A DNA stretch of 63,557 nt, filler included. It is 7 parts of 7 records of this genome, joined end to end, with 100 filler letters (N's around TTAATTAATTAA, not from the genome) between each part and the next. Parts side by side here need not be neighbours in the genome. Positions count along the whole stretch, not along the records: positions 34,778 to 50,796 come from SRR31156797_3491; positions 50,897 to 55,958 come from SRR31156797_3492; 5 more parts are not named here. The stretch is one strand, 5' to 3'. The notes under the pieces were generated by a model. That model did not search any database, had not been told where the DNA came from, and was given only the letters and a program-made list of their open reading frames with translations. Below, in pieces: positions 47,271 through 56,058 of this stretch; positions within the stretch are counted from its first letter, which is position 1; each line of letters starts with the position of its first letter. The translations under genes and the position numbers were made by a program.

Positions 47271-48568
47271 TGCAAAAAGATAATAAAAACGCGGCACTGG
47301 AGAAGATTCGCCACAAAATCACCCAGGGGTGCACGCGATGCGGTTTTTGTACCTTCTTCTGTCCCGTTTATAAAGAAACTCTCAATGAATCGTTCGTGGC
47401 CCGGGGAAAAATTGCCCTCATGAGGGATGTGATGGACGGGGCCCCACTGCTGGAACCCGGTTTGCTGGAACATATGGATACCTGCCTCCTATGCCGGGCC
47501 TGTGTGGAAAATTGCCCGACACGGGTTGAAACCGACGCCATGGTACTGGCCGCCCGGGCCGACGGCGTATGCCAAAAAGACCTCCCCTTCCATGAGAAGA
47601 TTCTCTTTCGGCATATTCTCAGTAAGCGAAAGACCTTCGGACGGGTTGTCAAGGCCGCTTCCAAGTTGCAGAAAATTTTGCCCGGATCGGAGCCGTCCGG
47701 GTCCATTCGACATCTTCCCCACATGATTTCAGGCTTGCGGAAAGGGAGGCATATCCCCCGCATATCCGAAAAATTCCTGCGGAATCTATTGCCTCAAGCG
47801 AGCCTGCCGCCCAAAGGGGTGGCGACCAAGGGAAGGGTTGCTTTGTTTGCCGGGTGCGGCATGGAATTTATCTACCCGAAGGTTGGGGTGCGGATGGTGG
47901 AATTTTTGACCCGTCATGGTGTGGAAGTCCATTTTCCAAAAGCCCAGGGCTGCTGCGGCATACCGGTGATGAGCCGGGGCGATGGGATCACCGGGGAAAA
48001 AATGGCGGTGCAAAATGCCCGGGCGTTTCAGCCGTACGACACGGTGATCACGGGATGCGCCACCTGCGGCGCCACCCTCAAGGAATATGGAGACCGCTTC
48101 AACATGGGTTCCGGCAATGGGGAGCTCCTTGAATCTTTCTCCAAAAGCGTTGTGGATTTGAATCAGTACCTGATGGATCTCCTCTTTGGATCGGGTCTCC
48201 ATTTGGAAGCAAGAAATGTGTATCATGGTAAAAAGGTGACGTGGCACGATCCATGTCATCTGATTCGATACCAGGGCATCAAAGAACAGCCTCGCAACAT
48301 ACTGAAAGCCGCATCCCGTATAAAATATGTTGAGATGCCCGATGCGGATCGGTGCTGCGGCATGGGCGGCAGTTTCAGCATCTACCACCATGACATTTCC
48401 CGGAAAATCGCCCTTAGAAAGGCCCGTGCCATTAAATCATCGGGCGCTGATCTGGTGGTCACGGCCTGTCCGGGATGCATCGCCCAGATAAACGATGCGC
48501 TGATCCAAAGCAAAATGCCCCAAAGGGCGATTCACATTATGGATCTGTTTTCCCACGATTTCCCCTGA
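47270..48568 (+). CDS. Fe-S subunit GlcF-like (4Fe-4S dicluster + two CCG domains)
   Basis: CTRCGFCTFFCP, CLLCRACVENCP, QGCCG, HDPCHL, RCCGMGG, ACPGC. Confidence 0.92.
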   Translation: MQKDNKNAALEKIRHKITQGCTRCGFCTFFCPVYKETLNESFVARGKIALMRDVMDGAPLLEPGLLEHMDTCLLCRACVENCPTRVETDAMVLAARADGVCQKDLPFHEKILFRHILSKRKTFGRVVKAASKLQKILPGSEPSGSIRHLPHMISGLRKGRHIPRISEKFLRNLLPQASLPPKGVATKGRVALFAGCGMEFIYPKVGVRMVEFLTRHGVEVHFPKAQGCCGIPVMSRGDGITGEKMAVQNARAFQPYDTVITGCATCGATLKEYGDRFNMGSGNGELLESFSKSVVDLNQYLMDLLFGSGLHLEARNVYHGKKVTWHDPCHLIRYQGIKEQPRNILKAASRIKYVEMPDADRCCGMGGSFSIYHHDISRKIALRKARAIKSSGADLVVTACPGCIAQINDALIQSKMPQRAIHIMDLFSHDFP

Positions 48569-48609
48569 TACCTTCCGTTTCCAACAACCGTACAGCGGTA
48601 TTATACCGT

Positions 48610-49551
48610 TCAGATGCGTTTTCGCAGAACAACAACCGCCGAGCCCAAAAGAAGCAGGCCGAACAGAATCATCGCCCATTCATTGAGGGTGGGGATCGGT
48701 GGGCCGGCCGTCTCTGTGGTTGTAATCCCGGACGGCCAACCAATACATCCCGTTATCCAGCTCTGGTTGGGACCGGAACCATCCAGCTTCGCTCGTCCTA
48801 TGGTATCGGTTACGGGCTGTGTCCAGTATATATAATTTGAACCGACTGCAATCCCCATTGGCAAAATAATCCCTGAGATCCAACTCTGATCCGGGCTGGA
48901 GCCGTTTAGATTTGCTCGTCCCATGGTATCGGTACCATTATTTGTCCAGTATACATGGTTTGAATTGACGGCGACAAAATACGGCAAACTACATCCTGAA
49001 ATCCAGGTTTGTGTCAAGCTGGAGCCATCCAGCTTCGCTCGCCCTATGGTATCGGAAACATTATTTGCCCAGTATACATGCTTTGAGTCGGCAGAAATCC
49101 CATGTGGTCCGCTACACCCCGAGATCCAGTTTTGGTCTACGTTGGAACCATCCAGCTTTGCTCGCCCTATGGTATCGGTACCGTTATTTGTCCAATATAC
49201 ATGGCTTGAATTGACGGCAATTCCCATTGGGCCGTCAGCCCCTGAGATCCAACTCTGATCCGGGCTTGATCCGTCACGGTTTGCACGCCCTATGGTTCCA
49301 TTCCCGGCATTTACCCAGTAGGTATAGTCTGAATCGACGGCCACTGCTGATGGATAATTGCACCCTGAGATCCAGTTTTGTTTCGGACCCGAACCATTGA
49401 GGTTCGCCCGTCCTATGGTATCACCGAAAAAATTTGCCCAGTATACACGGTTCTGTGCAAAGACGTGATGACAGTCAAAGGTCGCGTCTGATACGAGGCA
49501 TAAACCGGCCAGAAATAAACAAGTGGAGATTTTCTTTAAATGGGCTTGCAT
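48610..49551 (-). CDS. Secreted YWTD/LDLR-class-B-like beta-propeller protein with IPTL-CTERM sorting signal
   Basis: Signal peptide, six 41-aa repeats, IPTLNEWAMILFGLLLLGSAVVVLRKR. Confidence 0.88.
   Translation of the reverse strand: MQAHLKKISTCLFLAGLCLVSDATFDCHHVFAQNRVYWANFFGDTIGRANLNGSGPKQNWISGCNYPSAVAVDSDYTYWVNAGNGTIGRANRDGSSPDQSWISGADGPMGIAVNSSHVYWTNNGTDTIGRAKLDGSNVDQNWISGCSGPHGISADSKHVYWANNVSDTIGRAKLDGSSLTQTWISGCSLPYFVAVNSNHVYWTNNGTDTMGRANLNGSSPDQSWISGIILPMGIAVGSNYIYWTQPVTDTIGRAKLDGSGPNQSWITGCIGWPSGITTTETAGPPIPTLNEWAMILFGLLLLGSAVVVLRKRI
48715..49446 (-). repeat. Six tandem 123-bp coding repeats
   Basis: Unit VYWxNxxxDTIGRAxLDGSxxxQxWISGxxxPxGxAVxSxx; also visible as DNA (CCTATGGTATC/CCCATGGTATC recurring every 123 bp). 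Confidence 0.92.
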
Positions 49552-49589
49552 GTGTCTCTCCTTTTTATTGTTTTTGATAGCGTGACTTC

Positions 49590-49670
49590 ATGCCACGAAA
49601 AGCGCGCATAGATGCCCCCGGAGCGCTGCACCACGATATTGCCAGGGGAATAAGCCGTCGAAAAGTGTTG
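49590..49670 (+). mobile_element. N-terminal remnant of a REP-associated/IS200-like Y1 (HUH) transposase
   Basis: MPRKARIDAPGALHHDIARGISRRKV matches the RAYT start MPRxARIDAPGALHHIIxRGI; similarity ends after about 27 codons. Confidence 0.75.
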
Positions 49671-49699
49671 AGAATGTCCCGGTTTCCCCTCAGTGGGTT

Positions 49700-50794
49700 T
49701 TACAACTTGGAAATGTCCAGGTCGGGATATAGTTTTTTTACGCATTCCGGACAGATGCTGTGGCTGAATTCGGCTTCCGAATGGTCCCGGATATAGGATT
49801 CGATCTGATTCCAGTACCCTTTGTCATCCCGGATTTTCTTGCATGACGAGCAGATGGGCAACATGCCGCTGAGGGTCCGGACCTGGGCGAGGGCGTCTTT
49901 CAGTTCTTCGATGAGCCGCTCGCGTTCCCGGGCCGTTTGTTTGGTTGCGGTGATATCCCTTATGGTTTCAATGGCGCCCACCACATGGCCCTGAGCGTTG
50001 TAAAGTCTGCCGGCGGTTCCGGAAAAATAGCGCCCGCCGTCTCCCATTGACGGATGAAAGGATTCGCTCTGAATCAGCAGCCCGTCGTCCTCTCTGAGGG
50101 ACAGGTATTCCTTTTCCCATTTTTCATCGCGCTTAAACACCAGATCGATGAGAACGGGCCGGGGCTTTCCGTAGAACGGAACGGCATAGGCATAGCCGCC
50201 TTTCCCGAGCATTTCTTGCTTTAGAATGCCGGTTGTCATTTCCATGGCGCGATTCCATGCAATCACCCGGCCCTCCACATCGATGACCCAGGTGGGATCG
50301 GGCAGAAACTCAATGATGTCGGACAGCCGCTTTTCAGAATCGGCCAGGGCCTGTTCAGCCTTCTTGCGCTCGGTGATGTCGCGCGCCACGCCCAGGATCT
50401 CCGTGGGAAGCCCCTGATCGTCTGAAATGAATGCCACGTGAGTTTCAACGGGGACCACACGGCCATCCTTGTGCAATGCCTCGAGCTCCATGATTTCGGG
50501 CTCTCCTTTGCCTTGTGCCAAGGATTGTCCAAGGATTTCAAGCTGTTTCGAATAAGATTCCGCGGTCAGGGTGTCCCGCACTTTCAACGAAAGGATTTCT
50601 TCCTCGGTATAGCCGAATATCCCTTTTACGGATGGGCTTGCATAGGTGTATTGTTCATTTTCCAAGTTAATTTTATAGATAATGTCGGCGGAGTGTTCCG
50701 CGAGGAGCTTGAACTTTTCCTCGCTTTTTTGCAGCGCAACCTCCGCACGGGCGGTTTGGATGATCTGGGCGGTGGTTCCGGAAAGGTTTTCAAG
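49700..50794 (-). CDS. Multi-PAS sensor with C-terminal four-Cys domain (5' truncated)
   Basis: Two PAS/PAC domains; ends LPICSSCKKIRDDKGYWNQIESYIRDHSEAEFSHSICPEC; frame stays open to the contig edge. Confidence 0.88.
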   Translation of the reverse strand, partial: LENLSGTTAQIIQTARAEVALQKSEEKFKLLAEHSADIIYKINLENEQYTYASPSVKGIFGYTEEEILSLKVRDTLTAESYSKQLEILGQSLAQGKGEPEIMELEALHKDGRVVPVETHVAFISDDQGLPTEILGVARDITERKKAEQALADSEKRLSDIIEFLPDPTWVIDVEGRVIAWNRAMEMTTGILKQEMLGKGGYAYAVPFYGKPRPVLIDLVFKRDEKWEKEYLSLREDDGLLIQSESFHPSMGDGGRYFSGTAGRLYNAQGHVVGAIETIRDITATKQTARERERLIEELKDALAQVRTLSGMLPICSSCKKIRDDKGYWNQIESYIRDHSEAEFSHSICPECVKKLYPDLDISKL

Positions 50795-50796
50795 CA

Positions 50797-50896
50797 NNNN
50801 NNNNNNNNNNNNNNNNNNNNNNNNNNNNNNNNNNNNNNNNTTAATTAATTAANNNNNNNNNNNNNNNNNNNNNNNNNNNNNNNNNNNNNNNNNNNN
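50797..50896. other. Artificial contig spacer
   Basis: 44 N + TTAATTAATTAA + 44 N. Confidence 0.98.
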
Positions 50897-51179
50897 CAGT
50901 ATACATCTCCGGAAATTGCCCTATCATTACAGCCGGAAACAATACTACACGGTACTCGAACTTTTTTAGTTGATATAAAGTATCATGCTCCACATAAAAT
51001 GCATCTACAGGACAAGCTCGTAAACAGTTGCCACAATCTACACATCTGTCAGGGTTAATAGTGGCCACACCTTCTTTAATACGAATGGCCTCTGTTGGAC
51101 AAGATTTCATGCAGTGCGTACAGCCCATGCATTTCTTCGTATCCACTTCTATCGCATGATATTTTTCTACCGTCTTCAT
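50897..51179 (-). CDS. 4Fe-4S dicluster N-terminus of an [FeFe]-hydrogenase-like protein (group D/HfsD-like), 3' truncated
   Basis: CMGCTHCMKSCPTEAIRI..CVDCGNCLRACP followed by PAVMIGQF; context with DRTGG and anti-sigma kinase. Confidence 0.75.
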
Positions 51180-51180
51180 T

Positions 51181-51591
51181 TTAAAAGTTATTCCTGAAGG
51201 TTAAAGTAGTACCCACACCAACTTCGCTCTCAATTTTAAACTCATCGGTATTTCGTTTAATATTTGGCAGCCCCATACCGGCTCCAAATCCCATGTCGCG
51301 CACTTTTTTCGACGCCGTTGAAAATCCTTCCTGCATGGCTTTTTCAATGTCTTCAATACCGGGCCCATTATCCGATAATCGCACATCAATACCACTTCCG
51401 TCGATATTAGCCATTAGTTTACCACCAATCGAATGAGCAACAATGTTTACTTCTGCCTCATAAATCGCAACTACAATTCGTTTTATTATTTTAGCCTCAA
51501 TCTGAAGCTGTTTCAGCACCTTTTTAATTTGGCTCGAAGCTTTTCCGGCCATGCTAAAATCACCACTTACTATATCAAATTCTAAGTTCAT
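51181..51591 (-). CDS. Anti-sigma-type Ser/Thr kinase (RsbT/RsbW-like)
   Basis: YEAEVNIVAH, DNGPGIEDIEKAMQEGFST, GFGAGMGLPN. Confidence 0.88.
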   Translation of the reverse strand: MNLEFDIVSGDFSMAGKASSQIKKVLKQLQIEAKIIKRIVVAIYEAEVNIVAHSIGGKLMANIDGSGIDVRLSDNGPGIEDIEKAMQEGFSTASKKVRDMGFGAGMGLPNIKRNTDEFKIESEVGVGTTLTFRNNF

Positions 51592-51595
51592 TAAG

Positions 51596-51940
51596 TTAAT
51601 ACACCGGATCTAATCCGCTTTTATACAGGATTCCGCTTGAACGATAAATAGAATATGGTGTTTCCAGCAATACCAAACCATTCTCGTAAGCCAGGTCTAT
51701 CATTTCGGGAGTTGCCTTTTTGTTTCTGGCCAGAAGTACAACCTCGATATCGGCCATTTCAGCAGTTCTGATAAGCTGCACATTTGCCAATCCTGTTATT
51801 AATAATATATGTTCCGTATCCAGTGTTAAAACATCACTCATCAGGTCGGAACTAAATGCCTTTTGCAGATTGTGGTCAACCTCCGTATTTCCGGCAACCA
51901 CTTTTGCATTAGTCAATCTTATAATGTCAGTTAATTTCAC
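51596..51940 (-). CDS. DRTGG-domain protein
   Basis: FSSDLMSDVL, LITGLANVQLIRTAEMAD. Confidence 0.85.
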   Translation of the reverse strand: MKLTDIIRLTNAKVVAGNTEVDHNLQKAFSSDLMSDVLTLDTEHILLITGLANVQLIRTAEMADIEVVLLARNKKATPEMIDLAYENGLVLLETPYSIYRSSGILYKSGLDPVY

Positions 51941-52179
51941 TTGTTCTGCTTAAATCTTTCCGCAAATATATATCTACACCGACTTATTTACACCTCTATA
52001 ACTCAAGTTCTTTGATATTTAAAATGATTAAAAACAACTACACAAAAAAAACAGCTTTTTTTACAAAACCAGAGTGAATTAAAAGTGTTTTAAAACAAGT
52101 AAACCAACTTTTACGCACTGCCCGTTTTAATTCGTAGTTAAAATCACTATTTTTCTAAATCAAAAAAGTATACAAAACC

Positions 52180-53112
52180 ATGATTTACGATAAGAAATCC
52201 TTTCTAACAAGTAACATTGAAGATCCGGCCATTCATCAAAAAATTATTGATGCACTGCCAATTCCCATTTTTTATCGCAATACAAAAGGGATCTACCAAA
52301 TGTGCAATGCTGCCCATGAAGAGTTTACGGGAAAAACAAAGGAACAGATTGTGGGCAAAACTATACATGAAGTTCATGTAAAAGAAATGGCTGACAAATA
52401 CCTGGCGCAAGACAAAGAACTTGTTGCAAATCCCGATATACAGGTATACAACACCCAGGTTCGACACGGCGACGGTACCTCACACCATGTAATCCTGAAC
52501 AAAGCAGTTATACGCGATAATGAAGGAGAAATTGTTGGGATTGTAGGATCGATAAACGATATTACCGAATTAAAGAAGACCGAAAAAAGGCTGGAAAAAG
52601 CTCAGGAAACAATGCAGGTCTCCTCGAAAATGATCCATAAAATAGCGTCTGGAATTGTAATGGTAAACAGTGATTATAAAATTGTTGACTCCAATGAAAG
52701 TTTTGCCAAATTAATGGGAGAAGACACAGAGGAATTATACGAAACCATTCCCGGATTAACCGGAGCAGACATACATGGTTTAGTTCCGGATATTATTTAT
52801 AAAATGATTTCGAGTGTGCTCTCTTCAGGCGATGAAATACTGGAACGTGACTTAAAGTTCCAACACAAACTGATGCACATTTCGGTGCTTACTTTATACA
52901 AAAACCGGGTGGTTGGAGTTGTTTTCCGCGACATGTCAGTTCCAATGCTTGTGCAGGACGAAATCATTAACCGGGCCCGGAAAATCAATAAACAAAACAT
53001 TGAAACGGTTCAAAAGATTGCCTACCTGCTTGGAGAGAACGCAGCGGAAACGGAAGAATTACTGAATTCAATCATTGAAACTTATCGCTATGGTGACGAC
53101 AACAAATCCTGA
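52180..53112 (+). CDS. PAS-PAS protein ending in the HfsB/HydS-type C-terminal helix
   Basis: PAS-PAC, second PAS (IVDSNESFAKLMG), tail VQKIAYLLGENAAETEELLNSII. Confidence 0.75.
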   Translation: MIYDKKSFLTSNIEDPAIHQKIIDALPIPIFYRNTKGIYQMCNAAHEEFTGKTKEQIVGKTIHEVHVKEMADKYLAQDKELVANPDIQVYNTQVRHGDGTSHHVILNKAVIRDNEGEIVGIVGSINDITELKKTEKRLEKAQETMQVSSKMIHKIASGIVMVNSDYKIVDSNESFAKLMGEDTEELYETIPGLTGADIHGLVPDIIYKMISSVLSSGDEILERDLKFQHKLMHISVLTLYKNRVVGVVFRDMSVPMLVQDEIINRARKINKQNIETVQKIAYLLGENAAETEELLNSIIETYRYGDDNKS

Positions 53113-54289
53113 CTATCATGTTGAAGTAGAATTTCAGCAAAAAAGACCCAAAGGCGAAATGGCCTGTGGCGATGTATTTCAATCGAGCATTATTCGGGAA
53201 GAAGGACGTACCATTATGGTATTGAGCGATGGTATCGGACATGGTATAAAAGCAAATGTTTTGGCTACCTTAACGGCAACAATGGCCTTAAAATACACCA
53301 AACTCCACACCAAACCTGAAGTAGCTGCCCGTATTATAATGGAAACCCTCCCCAAAAGCAGCGATGGAAAAGAAAGTTACGCCACTTTTACAATTATAGA
53401 ACTGGACAACGAAGGACACATCCGCATAGTAAATTACGACAATCCTCCGGTTATGGTCATACGTAATGGAGTGGTTATGCAAGGCAAAGAATACAAGCTC
53501 ACTATTAAAGGCGAAGAAAACCAGGGGAAAGTATTGCACTGTAAAGAGTTTACTACCCGTAAAGAGGACCGTATCGTATTCATGTCAGATGGTGTTCCCC
53601 AATCGGGTCTGGGAGCCAAACGCTTTCCAATGGGTTGGGGCGAAGAACAGGTAGAAAACTTTACTTTAAACCAAATTTCCAGGATGCCGGATATCTCGGC
53701 AACCAAACTGGCAAGAAAAATCATAAACCAGGCCATGGTTAATGATGACTTCTCGGTGAAAGACGACACCAGTTGCGGAGTTATGTATTTTCGCGAACCC
53801 CGAAAATTTATGCTAATAACCGGCCCTCCTTTTTACAAAATAAAGGACTTTGATTTTGTAGGCCGCATTCAGGGATTTGATGGAAAAAAAATCATTTGTG
53901 GAGGTACAACAGCTGAAATTATTGCACGCGAATTAAACCTAAAAGTGGAGATACAGCACGGCAATAAAAACCTCGACACACTTCCTCCCAGTGCAATGAT
54001 GAAAGGATTTGAAATGGTAACCGAAGGGATTCTTACACTGGGGAAAGTTGAAGAAATTTTAGAAAATTACAACAGCGACACACGTTTAAGCGATAGCACC
54101 CCCGAAGAAGTTGTTAAATTATTGTTGCAACACGACAGTATCGACATAATTGTTGGAACACGGATCAACTGGGCACATCAGGATCCGGATCAACCACTGG
54201 AGCTGGAACTAAGAAAATTTGTTGTAAAACGAATTATGAAGCTACTTATACATAAGTTTTTTAAGAAGGTAAAGATTGAATATGTTTAA
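53090..54289 (+). CDS. SpoIIE/PP2C-type serine phosphatase (HfsC-like)
   Basis: CGDVF, LSDGIGHGIKANVL, YATFTI, MSDGV, DDTS, ICGGTTA, TEGILTL. Confidence 0.88.
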   Translation: MVTTTNPDYHVEVEFQQKRPKGEMACGDVFQSSIIREEGRTIMVLSDGIGHGIKANVLATLTATMALKYTKLHTKPEVAARIIMETLPKSSDGKESYATFTIIELDNEGHIRIVNYDNPPVMVIRNGVVMQGKEYKLTIKGEENQGKVLHCKEFTTRKEDRIVFMSDGVPQSGLGAKRFPMGWGEEQVENFTLNQISRMPDISATKLARKIINQAMVNDDFSVKDDTSCGVMYFREPRKFMLITGPPFYKIKDFDFVGRIQGFDGKKIICGGTTAEIIARELNLKVEIQHGNKNLDTLPPSAMMKGFEMVTEGILTLGKVEEILENYNSDTRLSDSTPEEVVKLLLQHDSIDIIVGTRINWAHQDPDQPLELELRKFVVKRIMKLLIHKFFKKVKIEYV

Positions 54290-54420
54290 AAACCTACACA
54301 AGGAACCATGGATTGTATTAAACAAAGAAATTTGAATTTCGTACAACCAACATAGTTTAGTGTCTTTTTGCAAGCATTTAACAACGATAAAGTCGATATT
54401 TGACATAACAAGACTGAGCA

Positions 54421-55029
54421 ATGAAAATAATAACCACCATATTACTTCTGTTTTTCTGCAGTATTACTTCTGCACAGGAACAAAAAATTTTGATAGAAGG
54501 GAAAATAGTTAATAATCAGGGAAATCCGGTAACCGATGTATACATCGTAAACCTAAACAACCACGACAAGGACATCAGTTATACCAATGGTATTTTTGCC
54601 ATATGGGTTTCACCCAGCGATTCTCTTGTTTTTTCACATATCTCCTATTTCAGAAAAATTGTAAGTGTGCATACGCTCTTAATAAATCCCATCGTTACAC
54701 TGGTATCAGAACATGTGGATATTCCCGAGGTAACTATTACCCCCGACCAGTTATCGGATTTAGATCGCGCCAATAACAACTTACAACAAATAACATGGGA
54801 CTTTCGTCCGAATCCGGGAGATGTTGCAACCGAATCTGACCGGGTACAACAAATGGCCACTGCCAATAACAACGTACAACGCACCGAAGCCGCATCAGTT
54901 AGCATCTTAAGATTCTCTCCCTCCGAAAATATTGGAAAGTTATTTACCCGGTTGAAAAAGAAAGATCAGTACGACCATTATTCTTCAACCAAAAAAACGG
55001 AGGAACAACTTAACAAAAAGAAAAACTAA
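54421..55029 (+). CDS. Secreted protein with carboxypeptidase-regulatory-like N-terminal domain
   Basis: Signal peptide, IEGKIVN..PVTDVYIVNL..NGIFAI..DSLVFSHISY. Confidence 0.7.
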   Translation: MKIITTILLLFFCSITSAQEQKILIEGKIVNNQGNPVTDVYIVNLNNHDKDISYTNGIFAIWVSPSDSLVFSHISYFRKIVSVHTLLINPIVTLVSEHVDIPEVTITPDQLSDLDRANNNLQQITWDFRPNPGDVATESDRVQQMATANNNVQRTEAASVSILRFSPSENIGKLFTRLKKKDQYDHYSSTKKTEEQLNKKKN

Positions 55030-55188
55030 GTCTTTCCCTTCCATTTATTTTAACTGAGTTCGACTTTGCATTGTGAATCCAGGTTATTTACTCCTGTTAT
55101 AAGTCGTAAGTTTGTTTTTTTAAAACCCGCCATCCTCTCTCCGAAACCGTAACACTCTTTTGCCTTCTTTAATACTTGTTAACAAGTC

Positions 55189-55205
55189 TTGGCACAAGGT
55201 ATGCA
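55189..55205 (+). promoter_or_regulatory. Sigma54 (-24/-12) promoter
   Basis: TTGGCACAAGGTATGCA (GG-N10-GC), about 50 nt upstream of the next ATG. Confidence 0.65.
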
Positions 55206-55257
55206 ATACCAGCTATGAAAACAGATAAATAAAAAAGAATTGTTAAAATCAAATGTC

Positions 55258-55785
55258 ATGAAAAAATTATTAGTAATGGTTTTGTTGCTTTCTACGAGTG
55301 TCGTCTTGTTTGCAACAGAGACAAAACAAAGCAGAAAAGAGAGAAAAGCTGAGCAAAGAGCTCAGCAGGTAGAATTAACGAAACAGCTCATAGAATCAAA
55401 AAGCTGGCAATTTGAAGCCACACAAATGCTACCTTCATCAGGAAGCAGCAGGTCGCTAACCAGCAATTACAGTGTTCAGTTTACTGAAAATACTGTTGAT
55501 TCTTACCTGCCATACATGGGACGAGCCTATAGTGTTGATTATGGCAGCACTGATTCCCCCATGAGCTTTCAATCCGAAATAGAAGACTATGAACTAAAAG
55601 AAGGTAAAAAAGGATCGACTACCATAAAGTTTACTGCCCGTAATAAAAGCGACAGAGTAGTATTTACCTTTAAAATATCGGAAAACGGCTCAACATCGTT
55701 AAGCGTTAACAGCACTAATAGGGCCCACATATCTTATTATGGGAATTTGACAACATTGGAGGAACAAACTGCGCTTAATAATTAA
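55258..55785 (+). CDS. DUF4251-family secreted protein
   Basis: Signal peptide, SRKERKAE, SYLPYMGRAY, NRAHISYYG. Confidence 0.8.
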   Translation: MKKLLVMVLLLSTSVVLFATETKQSRKERKAEQRAQQVELTKQLIESKSWQFEATQMLPSSGSSRSLTSNYSVQFTENTVDSYLPYMGRAYSVDYGSTDSPMSFQSEIEDYELKEGKKGSTTIKFTARNKSDRVVFTFKISENGSTSLSVNSTNRAHISYYGNLTTLEEQTALNN

Positions 55786-55897
55786 TCGAATACAGATTAA
55801 TTAGGCTTTTAACAGTAGGTCATCTTACTTTTCATCAAGTAAGGTGACCATGTTTTTTATGATCCCCAATCCAGGTTTAAGACATTAAATCAAAAAC

Positions 55898-55927
55898 AAA
55901 AAAAGGCTAGCAAAATGCTAACCTTTT
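55898..55927 (-). terminator. Terminator downstream of the tRNA
   Basis: AAAAGGCTAGCA-aaa-TGCTAACCTTTT hairpin with an A-tract on the + strand. Confidence 0.65.
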
Positions 55928-55929
55928 AG

Positions 55930-55958
55930 TGGGGAGTACTGGATTCGAACCAGTGACC
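55930..55958 (-). tRNA. tRNA 3' fragment, probably tRNA-Val (anticodon not in window)
   Basis: Reverse complement GGTCACTGGTTCGAATCCAGTACTCCCCA: T-arm and acceptor strand; CCA not encoded. Confidence 0.75.
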
Positions 55959-56058
55959 NNNNNNNNNNNNNNNNNNNNNNNNNNNNNNNNNNNNNNNNNN
56001 NNTTAATTAATTAANNNNNNNNNNNNNNNNNNNNNNNNNNNNNNNNNNNNNNNNNNNN
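55959..56058. other. Artificial contig spacer
   Basis: 44 N + TTAATTAATTAA + 44 N. Confidence 0.98.

Noticed and set aside
48715-49446. Regularly spaced DNA repeats as a possible CRISPR array
   Set aside because: 123-bp in-frame coding repeats without unique spacers; no cas genes in the window
12239-50796. Pyrrolysine (TAG) or selenocysteine (TGA) read-through in the methanogen and Desulfobacterota-like contigs
   Set aside because: The recognised proteins end at family-typical C-termini; I saw no in-frame stop interrupting a conserved domain
5799-56058. Six identical TTAATTAATTAA motifs within N runs, and ORFs ending in XXX..LIN
   Set aside because: Artificial joiners with stops in all frames; gene adjacency across them has no biological meaning
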